Of a DNA stretch of 64,000 bases, positions 37,246 through 47,183 are shown piece after piece. Source of the DNA: Nitrospirota bacterium. Its GTDB lineage: Bacteria; Nitrospirota; UBA9217. Below the pieces are notes generated by a model. The model was not told the DNA's origin, searched no databases, and saw only the letters and a program-made list of their open reading frames with translations. A program made the translations under genes and the position numbers. Position 1 is the first letter of the stretch. The number at the start of each line of letters is the position of its first letter. Location of the stretch: assembly GCA_963840455.1 (NCBI GenBank), contig CAWIYV010000004.1:1-64000 (forward strand), read 5' to 3'.

Positions 37246-38364
37246 TTGAGCAAATCTGTTTTATCTTTACCGCAACTTACCGTAAAGGGAATTACCCTCA
37301 AACTGCCGGTGGTCCAGGGCGGCATGGGCGTCGGTGTATCCCTCTATCCTCTGGCCCGTGCCGTGGCGGTTGTCGGCGGGCTTGGCATCGTTTCGAGCGC
37401 CTGCCTCGACCGCGTTGTCACCAAGCGGGACAATGAGAAGATGGACGCATACCAGGCCGCTTACCATGAGGTCATGCTTGCCAAGGCACATGGCGGTTTT
37501 GCCGGCATCAACATCATGTGCGCGCTGGCAAAGGACTATGAGGCATCGGTCCGCGGGGCGCTGGACGCAAAGGCGGACGCGATCATTTCCGGCGCAGGCC
37601 TGCCGATGGGCCTCCCCGGTATCCAGCCGCCGAAGAACACGGCCCTGATCCCCATCGTCTCGTCGCCCCGGGCGCTCGACCTCATCTGCAAAAAATGGGA
37701 AAAGTTCAGCTACCGGCCTGATGCGGTCGTCCTCGAAGGCCCGCTTGCCGGCGGACATCTCGGCTTCAGGATGGACCAGGTGGACCTTGATGCGAATAAG
37801 TTGGAGAACCTCCTGCCGCCCGTCCTGGACATGGCCAAGAAGTACGGCGACATCCCGGTCATTGTTGCCGGCGGCATCTACACGAACGCCGACATCCGCC
37901 AGTTCCTCGACATGGGCGCGAAGGGCGTCCAGATGGGAACACGCTTCCTCGCAACGGAAGAAAGCAGCGCTTCCGAAGAGTACAAGAAGGCCGTCGTGGC
38001 GTCGAAGGATGAGGACATTATCGTCGCGACCGATCCGGGTTCGCCCTGCGGCCTCCCCTTCCGCGTCATAAAGCAGTCGCCAATGTATGTCTCCGCGCTT
38101 TCGCATCTCAGGAAACCCAAGTGCGACAAGGGCTACGTGCTCCTGAAGGACGCCGACGGGAAGTACACCAAATGCCCGGCCAAGGAGAGCAACGAGCACC
38201 ACTTTTGCATCTGCAATGGCCTGTTAAGCTCGGCAGGCTATAATCGCGACAAGGAAGAGCCGCTCTTCACGGTCGGCACGAATGCGTCGCGGGTCGACCG
38301 GATTGTGACGGTCCGGGCGCTCATGGAAGAGCTTTCCGGCAAGGTCCTCGCCCCGACGACATAG
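37246..38364 (+). CDS. Nitronate monooxygenase / FabK-like flavoprotein
   Basis: QGGMGVG, SGAGLP, EGPLAGGHLG, GVQMGTRF; TTG start inferred. Confidence 0.88.
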   Translation: MSKSVLSLPQLTVKGITLKLPVVQGGMGVGVSLYPLARAVAVVGGLGIVSSACLDRVVTKRDNEKMDAYQAAYHEVMLAKAHGGFAGINIMCALAKDYEASVRGALDAKADAIISGAGLPMGLPGIQPPKNTALIPIVSSPRALDLICKKWEKFSYRPDAVVLEGPLAGGHLGFRMDQVDLDANKLENLLPPVLDMAKKYGDIPVIVAGGIYTNADIRQFLDMGAKGVQMGTRFLATEESSASEEYKKAVVASKDEDIIVATDPGSPCGLPFRVIKQSPMYVSALSHLRKPKCDKGYVLLKDADGKYTKCPAKESNEHHFCICNGLLSSAGYNRDKEEPLFTVGTNASRVDRIVTVRALMEELSGKVLAPTT

Positions 38365-38488
38365 ACCGGCCGGGGAACAATCCGATGCACCGCTCCTGCG
38401 GGGCCTGTAGACCAGGGTCCCGCTATATTTTTTTTATCTGGCGGCCGCATCTCATCGCATCGTACCCGGAACAGTACACAAACATCCT

Positions 38489-39016
38489 ATGAGCAGATAC
38501 CGCATTCCGCAAAAGCCTGGATCAAAATACATCACCCCTGAAGGGAAGAAGCGGCTGACCGACGAGTTCTCCTATCTCTGGAAGGAGAAGCGGCCGGAAG
38601 TGACTGCAGCGCTTGCCGCGGCCGCGGCCGAGGGCGACCGCTCGGAAAATGCGGAGTATATCTACCGGAAGAAACAGCTCCGGGAGATCGACAGCCGCAT
38701 CCACTTCCTGAAGGGACGTCTGGAGGACGTGGTGGTGGTGGACACCGTCCCCAGCGACCAGTCCCGGGTATTCTTCGGCGCCTGGGTCAGGCTCGAGGGC
38801 GAGGACGGGAGCCGCGCTGAGTACCGCATCGTGGGACCCGACGAGTCCGATTCTGACAAGGGATACATCAGCATGGACGCCCCCATGGCGCGGGCGCTCA
38901 TGAAAAAGACCGAAGGCGATGAGGTTGCCGTGAAGCGGCCGAAGGGTGAAGCCGTGTTCACCATCACCAGGGTTTCGTATCGCCCTTTTACTCCTGAATC
39001 CAGGAGCGAGCGCTAA
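38489..39016 (+). CDS. greB: Transcription elongation factor GreB
   Basis: YITPEG, ERPEV-like KRPEV, GDRSENAEYIYRKKQLREID. Confidence 0.9.
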   Translation: MSRYRIPQKPGSKYITPEGKKRLTDEFSYLWKEKRPEVTAALAAAAAEGDRSENAEYIYRKKQLREIDSRIHFLKGRLEDVVVVDTVPSDQSRVFFGAWVRLEGEDGSRAEYRIVGPDESDSDKGYISMDAPMARALMKKTEGDEVAVKRPKGEAVFTITRVSYRPFTPESRSER

Positions 39017-39108
39017 CCCCGCAGTTGCTGAAGGTTAGCGAGCGATTAGACTAAAGAGTACTACCTTGAGGATCGAATTTCCCTGCAGATTGCTGCAGGG
39101 AGTTTTAA
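38994..39108 (-). repeat. Inverted copy of the two-hairpin element, overlapping the greB 3' end
   Basis: TGAATCCAGGAGCGAGCGC...CCTTGAGGATCGAA..TTCCCTGCAG..GCTGCAGGGAG is the reverse complement of 3756-3872. Confidence 0.82.
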
Positions 39109-39160
39109 TAGCATTCCTCCGCCGCTCGATTGACAAAACGCCGGCAGTTGGACTATCATA

Positions 39161-39364
39161 ATGCCCATGATCGAAACCTTGTTTTTTTTCTTCGGCCTGG
39201 GCTTCAGTGTTCTAGTCTATATCCGCTCCATCGTTCCGGGTGATCATCCGCCCCTCCGGAAGGTGATCTACACGATCCTGTCAACGATCGGCATCACCGG
39301 TATGGTGTGGCTCTGTGGGGTCCTCATCGCCCATTTCCTCCGGAAACTGGGCATGCTGCGTTGA
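39161..39364 (+). CDS. Small two-TM membrane protein (possible start 39167)
   Basis: Two hydrophobic segments; TTGACA-18-TATCAT upstream. Confidence 0.65.
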   Translation: MPMIETLFFFFGLGFSVLVYIRSIVPGDHPPLRKVIYTILSTIGITGMVWLCGVLIAHFLRKLGMLR

Positions 39365-39392
39365 ACCATGGTTCTCCCGGCGTTGGGAGAAC

Positions 39393-39424
39393 GAAAAAGG
39401 CACGCTCCCTTGAGCGTGCCTTTT
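39393..39424. terminator. Bidirectional terminator
   Basis: AAAAAGGCACGCTC-CCTT-GAGCGTGCCTTTT between convergent genes. Confidence 0.85.
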
Positions 39425-39456
39425 ATGCTTTCCGCGTGTCTCTCTTATTTCCTCGG

Positions 39457-40083
39457 TCACCTACCCAGTAATTTCACCTTCATCTCCAGCGGATGTTTCT
39501 GCGGGCCGCTCCCGACTTTCGCAGGATGGCCTACCGGTACCACGGCCATGAACTCTCCCTCGGGCTCGCCGAGGAACCGGAGCACCTCGTCCTTGATGAG
39601 ATAGAGTATCCCGAGCCAGACCGTTCCGAGGCCGAGTGACGTGGCAGCGAGCAGGATGTTCTGCACCGCCGCAGCCGAGCTCTGTATCTCCATGGTCCGG
39701 AAGAAGTCATGGGCCATCTCTTTCTCCACCTTGAACAGGTCGGTGCCGTGCCGGATCAGGTCGCCCGTGTTCGCCACGGCGATCACGACCGGCGCCGAGA
39801 GGATGCTCTTGGCGCCCATCCGGAGCAGCGCCGCTGCCGGCCGGGGAAGGGAAGCCGATTGTACTGTCACGAGCTGGGCCAGCTCGTTCCTCTTCTCGCC
39901 CCGAAGTACGATGAAGCGCCATGCCTGCTGGTTATGTGCGGACGGTGCCTGGTTCGCAGCGTGAAGAAGGACCCTCACCTGCTCTTCGGACACGTCGTCC
40001 TTTGTAAAGGTCCTGACGCTGCGGCGGGCCTTGATCGTCTTTAGGGCGTCATTGAGAGAAAGACCCGCATCATCGGGCAACAT
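39457..40083 (-). CDS. Nitroreductase family protein
   Basis: RRSVRTF, APSAHNQQAW, NILLAATSLGLGT. Confidence 0.92.
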   Translation of the reverse strand: MLPDDAGLSLNDALKTIKARRSVRTFTKDDVSEEQVRVLLHAANQAPSAHNQQAWRFIVLRGEKRNELAQLVTVQSASLPRPAAALLRMGAKSILSAPVVIAVANTGDLIRHGTDLFKVEKEMAHDFFRTMEIQSSAAAVQNILLAATSLGLGTVWLGILYLIKDEVLRFLGEPEGEFMAVVPVGHPAKVGSGPQKHPLEMKVKLLGR

Positions 40084-40125
40084 GGAGGACCTCCCTGGAG
40101 AAAAATGTCGTTGATCCTTCCGGGA

Positions 40126-40746
40126 TCATGGCACGAGCTTCTCGTGAATGAGCCTGTTCATGACGGCGTTCACGAACGGCCTCACCTGGTGCATGAGAGC
40201 GCCTTGGTACTTCGTCTCGGATATTGCCGACCAGACGGGCTTGCCGGTCCCGACGCTGTAGAGCGTCGTTTGCATGACCGCCACATAATAATCATAGGCA
40301 AACTCGCTCAAACCGCTGTCGGTCCATTCCGTGGTGGCGATGGTCTGGTCCCACTCCGCATCGAAGTTATGAGGAACAGCGTAGAGGCGGGTAGGGCTGT
40401 GAGTCTCTGCAGATACTTTCTTGATGAACTTCGCCGCAATGATCGAATCTGCTCCGGCCTCCCTGACCTTGGCTGCAACGATATCCCTGGCCGGCTGCGG
40501 TTCATCGGGCAGGACCGACGTGCTTGCTACGGCGTCGATCCCGCGGGCCTTCAGCTGCCGCACGAACTCATCCTCGAGCATGCTCCGTGGGCCCCGGTTC
40601 CTCACGACCCCGATGACAAAGACCTTTTTCAGGCCGCCCGGGAAGGCCGGGTCTCTCCAGGGGTCGATGATCTTCGTGCCCGCGCAGGCGGGCAGAAGTG
40701 CAAGAACGAGGAGCATCAGGATCCAGAACGATCGTCTGTTCTCCAT
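40126..40746 (-). CDS. Lipoprotein, hypothetical (DUF4136-like)
   Basis: Lipobox LPAC; KKVFVIGV; PVWSA..ET. Confidence 0.75.
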   Translation of the reverse strand: MENRRSFWILMLLVLALLPACAGTKIIDPWRDPAFPGGLKKVFVIGVVRNRGPRSMLEDEFVRQLKARGIDAVASTSVLPDEPQPARDIVAAKVREAGADSIIAAKFIKKVSAETHSPTRLYAVPHNFDAEWDQTIATTEWTDSGLSEFAYDYYVAVMQTTLYSVGTGKPVWSAISETKYQGALMHQVRPFVNAVMNRLIHEKLVP

Positions 40747-40906
40747 GGTTATCCTCCCTGGTCTACGACGCACACCTTCGCAACAGGACCACAGCAGAAA
40801 TGTGCTGGAGACGCCGATGATACGGCAACGGACCTCTTGCGTTGTTGGCCTCCTGAATGAAATAAGCGCGCTTAAGCGAGCATGCCCAGCCCGCTCCCGA
40901 TCGTCG

Positions 40907-41302
40907 CTATGCGTCATCCCGTCCCATCTCCCGCAAGGCATCCTTTGCGATCTCCCGCACGGCGGGGTTCGCGTCGTTCTGCAGTTCTCGCAAGGCATCC
41001 CGCGCAGACCGATGGCCGATGATCCCGAGCACGTTCGCCGTGTCCCCGCGGATGGTCGGGTTCTCATGCCCGAGGAGCACGAGGAGGCCAGGCACCGCGC
41101 CGGCCAGGGCCTGACGGTGCTCCTTCGCCAGTTCCTCGACGAGCGCCGTCGCGCCCAGCCTCACCATGATGGCGTCGTCACCCAGCAGATCGGGGATGAA
41201 CCGTACCACCGACGGGTCCTGCTTCATCATGGCGATGATGTTCTCGAGGAACCCCTTGCCCATGTACTCGATGAGCATTGCCCGCATTTCGTCGTCTTTC
41301 AT
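40907..41302 (-). CDS. HEAT-repeat protein
   Basis: VRLGATAL, IRGDTANVLGIIG, VREIAKDAL. Confidence 0.8.
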   Translation of the reverse strand: MKDDEMRAMLIEYMGKGFLENIIAMMKQDPSVVRFIPDLLGDDAIMVRLGATALVEELAKEHRQALAGAVPGLLVLLGHENPTIRGDTANVLGIIGHRSARDALRELQNDANPAVREIAKDALREMGRDDA

Positions 41303-41411
41303 GGCAATGGCAATAAGTATAGCACAACCCGACGATCCCTTCTCTCCCCTGTCCGTTCCCCCCGGAAAATTCCCTTGCAATGGCGGCGTCTTTCCTTTAT
41401 CATTGGTACCG

Positions 41412-41876
41412 ATGGAAGCAGCAAAACACGCTATTGAACCTGAGTTCCTGTCCCAGGCCCTCGCCCAAGGCACCAGACTCCGCATCGGCCAGATGAACAA
41501 GACTGAGCACGAAGGCGTGATCCGTGAGATCGGCCGTTACGAGATCAACGTTGAAGAGAACAACAACATCATTACCGTCCTGAAAAAGGACATTTCCTAC
41601 CTCTCGACGCCGGACCCCTTGATCACGGCAGCCGCGCCCGAAGATCCTTCCGCCGGCGCTGCCGCGGCGCCGGACGGAACTCCCGCCAAGCCGAACATCC
41701 AGCAGGAATTCCTGGACAAGGCCATCCGCGAGAACAACTCCCTCACGATCTTCCTCGTCACCGGCCAGCGCATCCGGGCGACCATTGAGGCCTACGACAA
41801 CTTCACCCTCCTCATCCGCGAGGGGGGCAAGCAGCACCTCTTCTACAAGCACGCGGTCACGACGATCAACCGATAG
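41412..41876 (+). CDS. Tandem double Sm/Hfq-domain protein (154 aa)
   Basis: C-terminal domain NIQQEFL...IFLVTGQRI...YDNFTLL...FYKHAVTT is Hfq-like; N-terminal domain EPEFL...EGVIREIGRYEI...VLKKDISYL looks like a degenerate copy; Ala/Pro linker. Confidence 0.8.
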   Translation: MEAAKHAIEPEFLSQALAQGTRLRIGQMNKTEHEGVIREIGRYEINVEENNNIITVLKKDISYLSTPDPLITAAAPEDPSAGAAAAPDGTPAKPNIQQEFLDKAIRENNSLTIFLVTGQRIRATIEAYDNFTLLIREGGKQHLFYKHAVTTINR

Positions 41877-41889
41877 AGGGACACCTGCC

Positions 41890-42303
41890 ATGGAAACCAA
41901 TCTCCTCGACAAGATGCTGAGCACGTACCGGTCCCAGAAGACCCCGGTGACCATCGTCCTGCAGAACAACGCACGGATCTTCGGCAGGATCGGGATGTTC
42001 GACAGCTATATCATCGTCATGGAGAACCAGCGGAACGAGATCGTCTATCGCCACGCAATTTCGGCCCTCCTTCCCTATGTTGCTGCCGAGCAGCCGCAGC
42101 CCCGCGAACAGAAGGTCGCCCCGGCACGGCCCGCGCCAAGGCCGGTCCCCAAACCGGCAAGGCCCACTCCTCCGGCAACGGCGAAGACCAGGCCGCCACG
42201 GCCTGAGCACAAGCCCGCCGCAACGCCGTCGGAATCGGGCCTCAACACCGGCATGAAGGAAGGCCTCCTGCGGTGGATGCAGGAACAGAAAGCGGGAAAA
42301 TAG
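41890..42303 (+). CDS. Divergent Hfq-family protein with Pro/Arg-rich tail (137 aa)
   Basis: NLLDKML...PVTIVLQNNARIFGRIGMFDSYII...VYRHAISA; tail ends LLRWMQEQK. Confidence 0.8.
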   Translation: METNLLDKMLSTYRSQKTPVTIVLQNNARIFGRIGMFDSYIIVMENQRNEIVYRHAISALLPYVAAEQPQPREQKVAPARPAPRPVPKPARPTPPATAKTRPPRPEHKPAATPSESGLNTGMKEGLLRWMQEQKAGK

Positions 42304-42304
42304 C

Positions 42305-43825
42305 ATGACCCGCCGTTCCCTGGCGCTATCTGCCCTTTCGGGGCTCCTGCTGGCGGCGTCATTCCCCAGCCTCGGTTATTCTTTTCTCGCCTGGTTTGCC
42401 CTCGTCCCGCTCCTGTTCGCCCTCCGGGACCAGACCGTAGGGACGGGCCTCTGGCTCAGCGGCAGCTTCGGGCTCGTTTTCTTCTGCGGCACTGTCTATT
42501 GGGTCACCAATTCGGTCCACTTTTACGGTCACGTGCCGCTTCTGCCCGCCTCGCTCATCACCCTGCTTCTCTGCGTGATCCTCGCTCTCTTCATCGTACC
42601 CTTCGGAGGAGCGCTCGTCCACATCAGGGCGACGCATCCGCGCTTGCTGTTCCTGGCCGCACCGGCCCTCTGGGTCACGCTGGAATATGCCCGCACGCAC
42701 CTGTTCTCCGGATTTCCCTGGGCGCTCCTGGGATATTCCCAATACCGGTCACTGCCGGTCATCCAGATCGCGGATCTCTTCGGCGTGTACGGCATATCCT
42801 TCCTGATCGTGCTCGCGAACATTGGCATCGCCGAGGTGCTCGCGGACCGGAAGAGATATCGTCCGCTGTTGGCCGCGGCGATCATGACGGCAGTTGTTGT
42901 CGGCTATGGATACTATCGTCTGAACGCGCCAGAAAGCGCAGGAAGCATCAGGATAGCGGTTGTCCAGGGGAACATCGAGCAGGACAAGAAGTGGGACCCG
43001 TCCTATCAGGGCGAGGTCATCGCGACCTATAAACGCCTTACGCTCAAAGCACTGGAGCAAAAACCAGACCTCGTGATTTGGCCCGAAACCGCCACACCCT
43101 TCTACTTCGGCGGAGGCGGCGACAACGTAAAATGGACCGACGACCTCAGACAGTTCGTCAGGACAATGAACACCCCCCTGCTCTTCGGCAGCGCGACCTA
43201 TGAGGTCAAGCCCGGCAGGGTCATCGATCTGTGGAATTCGGCGTTCCTGCTGGACCGTGACGGAGTAACCAGCGCCGTGTATCAGAAGATGCATCTGGTC
43301 CCCTACGGCGAATATATCCCCATGAAGAAGATCCTGTTCTTCGTGGAAAAACTGGTGCAGGCCATCGGCGACTTCCAGACCGGTAGGGAGTACACGGTCA
43401 TGAAGGTCCGGCCGCCGGCGGGAAATGATGTTGGCCTCAGCACGGTCATCTGCTACGAGATCATCTTCCCCGACCTCGTCAGAAGGTTCGTGAACAACGG
43501 GGCAACGGTCATGACCACCATCACGAACGACGCCTGGTTCGGCAAGACCGGAGCGCCGTACCAGCATTTCTCCATGGCAGTGCTGCGGGCGGTGGAGAAC
43601 CATGTCCCGATCGCCCGCGCGGCGAACACCGGTATATCCGGTTTCATTGACGCAAAAGGCCGCATCCTCGAGACCACAAGCATCTTCACCGAAGCGTATC
43701 TTACCCGCTCGCTTTCTCCTTCCACGCAGAAGACCATCTATACCCGCTATGGCGATATCTTTTCCTGGCTTTGTGTCATCGGATGTTTCCTGGCTGTCCT
43801 TCCCCTGCCGCGACCCAAACGATAG
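42305..43825 (+). CDS. lnt: Apolipoprotein N-acyltransferase
   Basis: QGNI, WPET, KMHLVPYGEY, ICYE, NDAWF, ANTGIS. Confidence 0.95.
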   Translation: MTRRSLALSALSGLLLAASFPSLGYSFLAWFALVPLLFALRDQTVGTGLWLSGSFGLVFFCGTVYWVTNSVHFYGHVPLLPASLITLLLCVILALFIVPFGGALVHIRATHPRLLFLAAPALWVTLEYARTHLFSGFPWALLGYSQYRSLPVIQIADLFGVYGISFLIVLANIGIAEVLADRKRYRPLLAAAIMTAVVVGYGYYRLNAPESAGSIRIAVVQGNIEQDKKWDPSYQGEVIATYKRLTLKALEQKPDLVIWPETATPFYFGGGGDNVKWTDDLRQFVRTMNTPLLFGSATYEVKPGRVIDLWNSAFLLDRDGVTSAVYQKMHLVPYGEYIPMKKILFFVEKLVQAIGDFQTGREYTVMKVRPPAGNDVGLSTVICYEIIFPDLVRRFVNNGATVMTTITNDAWFGKTGAPYQHFSMAVLRAVENHVPIARAANTGISGFIDAKGRILETTSIFTEAYLTRSLSPSTQKTIYTRYGDIFSWLCVIGCFLAVLPLPRPKR

Positions 43826-43918
43826 CGCCGGGCCGCCCGGGCAAGCGATCAATAAAAAAGCCGCCGGACCTCATGGTCCGGCGGCAGATGCTTCACTTCT
43901 CTCGCTGCCCGCTCGCTC

Positions 43919-44914
43919 TCAGAACCGGAAGGCCGCGTACAGCCCGATACCGGTGTTCGTCGTCTTGAGCGTTTGCTCGCCGACGGGGTCAATGAACTTC
44001 TCCTCGCTGGATTCGGCATAGATCGGCACCTCCATGCCGAAACGTTCGCTGAACCAGTACCGGCCGGCAAGCGTCGTCCGCGCCGTCGTTATCTTGTGCT
44101 CGTTTCCAGCTGCCATCCCGGTTTCTTTTTCCTCTTCGGCCTCGAGCGCGAGCCAAAGCGTGAGCTGCTTTCCGATGTAGCCCGCGATCTCGAAGTTCAC
44201 TGCCGCGATGTCGTACTTGGTCGTGCCCATGAATTCGACCTCACTTTTGCCGCCGCCGAATTCGAGCACAAGGCCGACCACGTCAGCGATCACTCCCCGG
44301 CCCCCGAAATAGACCACACCGATGTCGCGCGTCGCATCCGGCAAGCCGCTTTGCGTGTTCTCCGTCGATTCGCCATGGTACCGGAGATGGAGTTCCATGC
44401 TCGGGACAATGTACTGCCGGATACCCAGATCAAGCATGCTGTGTGCGATATCGATCTCCGGTTGAGAGACCCCGTTCACGGTCTGATCGATTGTTCCGCC
44501 ACCAAATCCGATGTTCAGGAACAGGCCGGTGTTCGTGGGAAAGAAATATTCGCCTCCGAACTGGAGAACGGCTGCGCTTGCCTTGCTGTCGGTTTCGAAT
44601 CCAGGGAACGTATTGTCCTTGTCCTTCGCCCCGATGAACACCAGGCCGGCTGATAGGGTGGACGGATGCTGGTAGAACTGCCGGAGATCGATGGGCTTGT
44701 CATCGTCCTTCAGGGGTGTGAAGAAGTGAGTGTACTGCACTGTGAACAGCGAGTTCTTCGTGTCGATCTTGCTCTTCGGGTCCGTGATGACGTTTGACTC
44801 CACTTTGCTCGTCGAGTCGCCCTCCAGGCCCACGACCACTTCATTCGACACGTCTGCAAAGGCCGGAACAGCAGCAAGACAGAAAAGCACTGCAATGACA
44901 ATCAATTTCCTCAT
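43919..44914 (-). CDS. Putative outer-membrane beta-barrel protein
   Basis: Signal peptide, alternating beta-strand pattern, C-terminal YAAFRF. Confidence 0.7.
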   Translation of the reverse strand: MRKLIVIAVLFCLAAVPAFADVSNEVVVGLEGDSTSKVESNVITDPKSKIDTKNSLFTVQYTHFFTPLKDDDKPIDLRQFYQHPSTLSAGLVFIGAKDKDNTFPGFETDSKASAAVLQFGGEYFFPTNTGLFLNIGFGGGTIDQTVNGVSQPEIDIAHSMLDLGIRQYIVPSMELHLRYHGESTENTQSGLPDATRDIGVVYFGGRGVIADVVGLVLEFGGGKSEVEFMGTTKYDIAAVNFEIAGYIGKQLTLWLALEAEEEKETGMAAGNEHKITTARTTLAGRYWFSERFGMEVPIYAESSEEKFIDPVGEQTLKTTNTGIGLYAAFRF

Positions 44915-45032
44915 GCGTCATACCTCCTCAGGGCTAGGCTTAAATGCAGGATGCATTGCGATGAAGATAGCAGAGGGGTCCGGGGACGTCAAGGTACTAT
45001 TCACCATGGGAAACCGGCGCAGCACGAACTGG

Positions 45033-45785
45033 TCAGAGCGTGCAGACCGACCGCAGGAATGCCGCTGACTTAAGCCGCTTGCCGAGGATATGGAGAGTGT
45101 GGGAGGTGAACGCCTGGTCAAGTTCCCGCATGATGTCCACGGAGGGTTTGAGACGGGTGACCTTGTCGAGGTCCATTCGGAGGGCATGATAATAGAAACC
45201 GATGGCGCCGGGGGAAAGCCGTATCTGGTCCTCGCCGGACGAGATGAGGCAGTCAGGGCAGAGCACGCCGCCCTTGAGGCCATAGAAGACCATGGGGCGC
45301 TCGGCGCCGCAGCCGCAGGAAAGGCACTTATCGAGTTTGGGCTGGAAGCCGAGGAGCGACAGGAACCGGATCTCGAAGATCCGGAGCAGGAACAGCGGAT
45401 CGACCCCTTCATTCAACAGGTGAAGGACATGGGCGAGCAGAAGGAATGCCTGCGGGTTCCGCTCTCCTTCCGGGGCGACCTCACGCACCAGTTCAACGAT
45501 GACGGAGCCAACGGCCATGCGGTCGAGGTCTCCGGCGATATCGAAATGCTGGCTGATGATATCGCTGGATTCTATCCGGATCAGCTCCTGGTGCTCTTTC
45601 TCATACAGGTGCAGGCGCGCGTGGGTGAACAGTTCAAGCCCCGCGCCAAAGCGACGAAAAGACTTCCGGGCATTCTTGGCAACGCCGCGGAGCCTGCCCC
45701 GGTCCAGGGAAAAGAAGGTGACGAGCTTGTCCGCCTCCCCCAGGTTCATGCTGCCAATGATGACGGCTTCGGTCTTGGACTTCAT
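45033..45785 (-). CDS. recO: DNA repair protein RecO
   Basis: GEADKLVTFF...GVAKNARKS; zinc finger CxxC...CxxC; near era. Confidence 0.93.
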   Translation of the reverse strand: MKSKTEAVIIGSMNLGEADKLVTFFSLDRGRLRGVAKNARKSFRRFGAGLELFTHARLHLYEKEHQELIRIESSDIISQHFDIAGDLDRMAVGSVIVELVREVAPEGERNPQAFLLLAHVLHLLNEGVDPLFLLRIFEIRFLSLLGFQPKLDKCLSCGCGAERPMVFYGLKGGVLCPDCLISSGEDQIRLSPGAIGFYYHALRMDLDKVTRLKPSVDIMRELDQAFTSHTLHILGKRLKSAAFLRSVCTL

Positions 45786-45804
45786 GATCGGAGCAAAATA
45801 GAGG

Positions 45805-46542
45805 TTACTGCATCCTGCGGATCCGCACCTCGACCCCCTTCTGGTCCCTCATGAGCGCAGTGAGCTTCGCGATGTCGGTCTCGCCAGTATGATAGGGATA
45901 AAGCACCCTGGGCTTGAACATCTTCGCGGCGTCCGCGACCATTTCCGGCGTCATGGTGTAGGGCAGGTTCATCGGCAGGAAAGCGATTTCGATGTTCTTG
46001 AGGGACTTCATTTCCGGGACATTCTCTGTGTCGCCCGCCACATAGACCCGCTTGTCAGCGAGGGTGATGATGTAGCCGTTCCCAACACCCTTGGGATGAT
46101 AGGGCTGCCCGTTCTCGCGCTTGCTTACCATATTATATGCCGGGACCGCTTCGACCGTCATTCCCTTGATCGCTTTCACGTCGCCGTTCTTCATGACCAC
46201 GCCGCCGCTCACCTGTCCTGCGCCGGCTTCGGTCAGGACGATCGTCGTCTTCTCTGTTCGGACCTTCTCGATCGCAGCAGGATCAAGATGGTCCCGATGC
46301 TCGTGGGTGATCAGAATGACGTCTGCTTTGGGCAGTTTGGCGTAGTCCGTAAGCTTGCTGTAGGGATCAACATAGATCGTTGCTCCGCCAAGCGTGAACA
46401 GCAGCGATCCATGTCCGATGAAGGTGATCACAAGATCACCGGCCGAGGTCTTGATAGTGTCCGGAGGGGACTGTTCCTGCGCCGCGGCCGCAGACGCAAG
46501 GACCAGGCTAAACAGCATCAAGGACAGGGAAGAGCGGAACAT
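45805..46542 (-). CDS. Exported MBL-fold metallohydrolase
   Basis: THEHRDH, AGDT, PYH motifs. Confidence 0.88.
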   Translation of the reverse strand: MFRSSLSLMLFSLVLASAAAAQEQSPPDTIKTSAGDLVITFIGHGSLLFTLGGATIYVDPYSKLTDYAKLPKADVILITHEHRDHLDPAAIEKVRTEKTTIVLTEAGAGQVSGGVVMKNGDVKAIKGMTVEAVPAYNMVSKRENGQPYHPKGVGNGYIITLADKRVYVAGDTENVPEMKSLKNIEIAFLPMNLPYTMTPEMVADAAKMFKPRVLYPYHTGETDIAKLTALMRDQKGVEVRIRRMQ

Positions 46543-46556
46543 GGCGACCCTCCTGA

Positions 46557-47183
46557 CTATTTCTCCGGACCTGCTGAAATTGCGCTGAGCTTTTTCTTCT
46601 TATGGTTCCGCACATAGAGCGCGATAATGACCGCACTCACGATAACAACACCGATCACTGCCTGATGGGAATACTGCATGATCAGTTCCCGGTTCGCGCC
46701 GATGAAGTAGCCGATGAAAGTAAGAATGGTGACCCAGATGCCTGCTCCCGCGAGCGTGTAGAGTGAGAACTTGACGTGGTTCATGCCTGCCAGCCCGGCC
46801 GGGAGCGAGATAAGATGCCGCACAACAGGCAGGAGCCTGCCGATGAAGGTCGATATCTCGCCATGGTCACGGAAATACCGCTCCACCTTGGCGAATTTCT
46901 CTTCCGTGATCCAGACGTACTTACCGTACTTGAGCAGCAGCGGCCTGCCGAGATAGTGCGCCGCATAGTAGTTCGCGTAGGCGCCCACCAGGCTTCCCAG
47001 CGTGCCGCACAGAATGGCGACGAGCGCGTTCATCTGGCCTTGCTGGGCAAGGTATCCCGCCGGCGGCATCACCAATTCGCTCGGGATGGGGATGATGGAG
47101 CTCTCCATGGCCATGAGCAGGAAGATGCCCGGGTAGCCCAGGGCGCCGATGGTCAGGAGCAGCCAGTCGATCAGTGCATGCAT
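46557..47183 (-). CDS. DedA family membrane protein
   Basis: ESSIIPIPSE, GRLLPVVRHLISLPAG. Confidence 0.92.
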   Translation of the reverse strand: MHALIDWLLLTIGALGYPGIFLLMAMESSIIPIPSELVMPPAGYLAQQGQMNALVAILCGTLGSLVGAYANYYAAHYLGRPLLLKYGKYVWITEEKFAKVERYFRDHGEISTFIGRLLPVVRHLISLPAGLAGMNHVKFSLYTLAGAGIWVTILTFIGYFIGANRELIMQYSHQAVIGVVIVSAVIIALYVRNHKKKKLSAISAGPEK

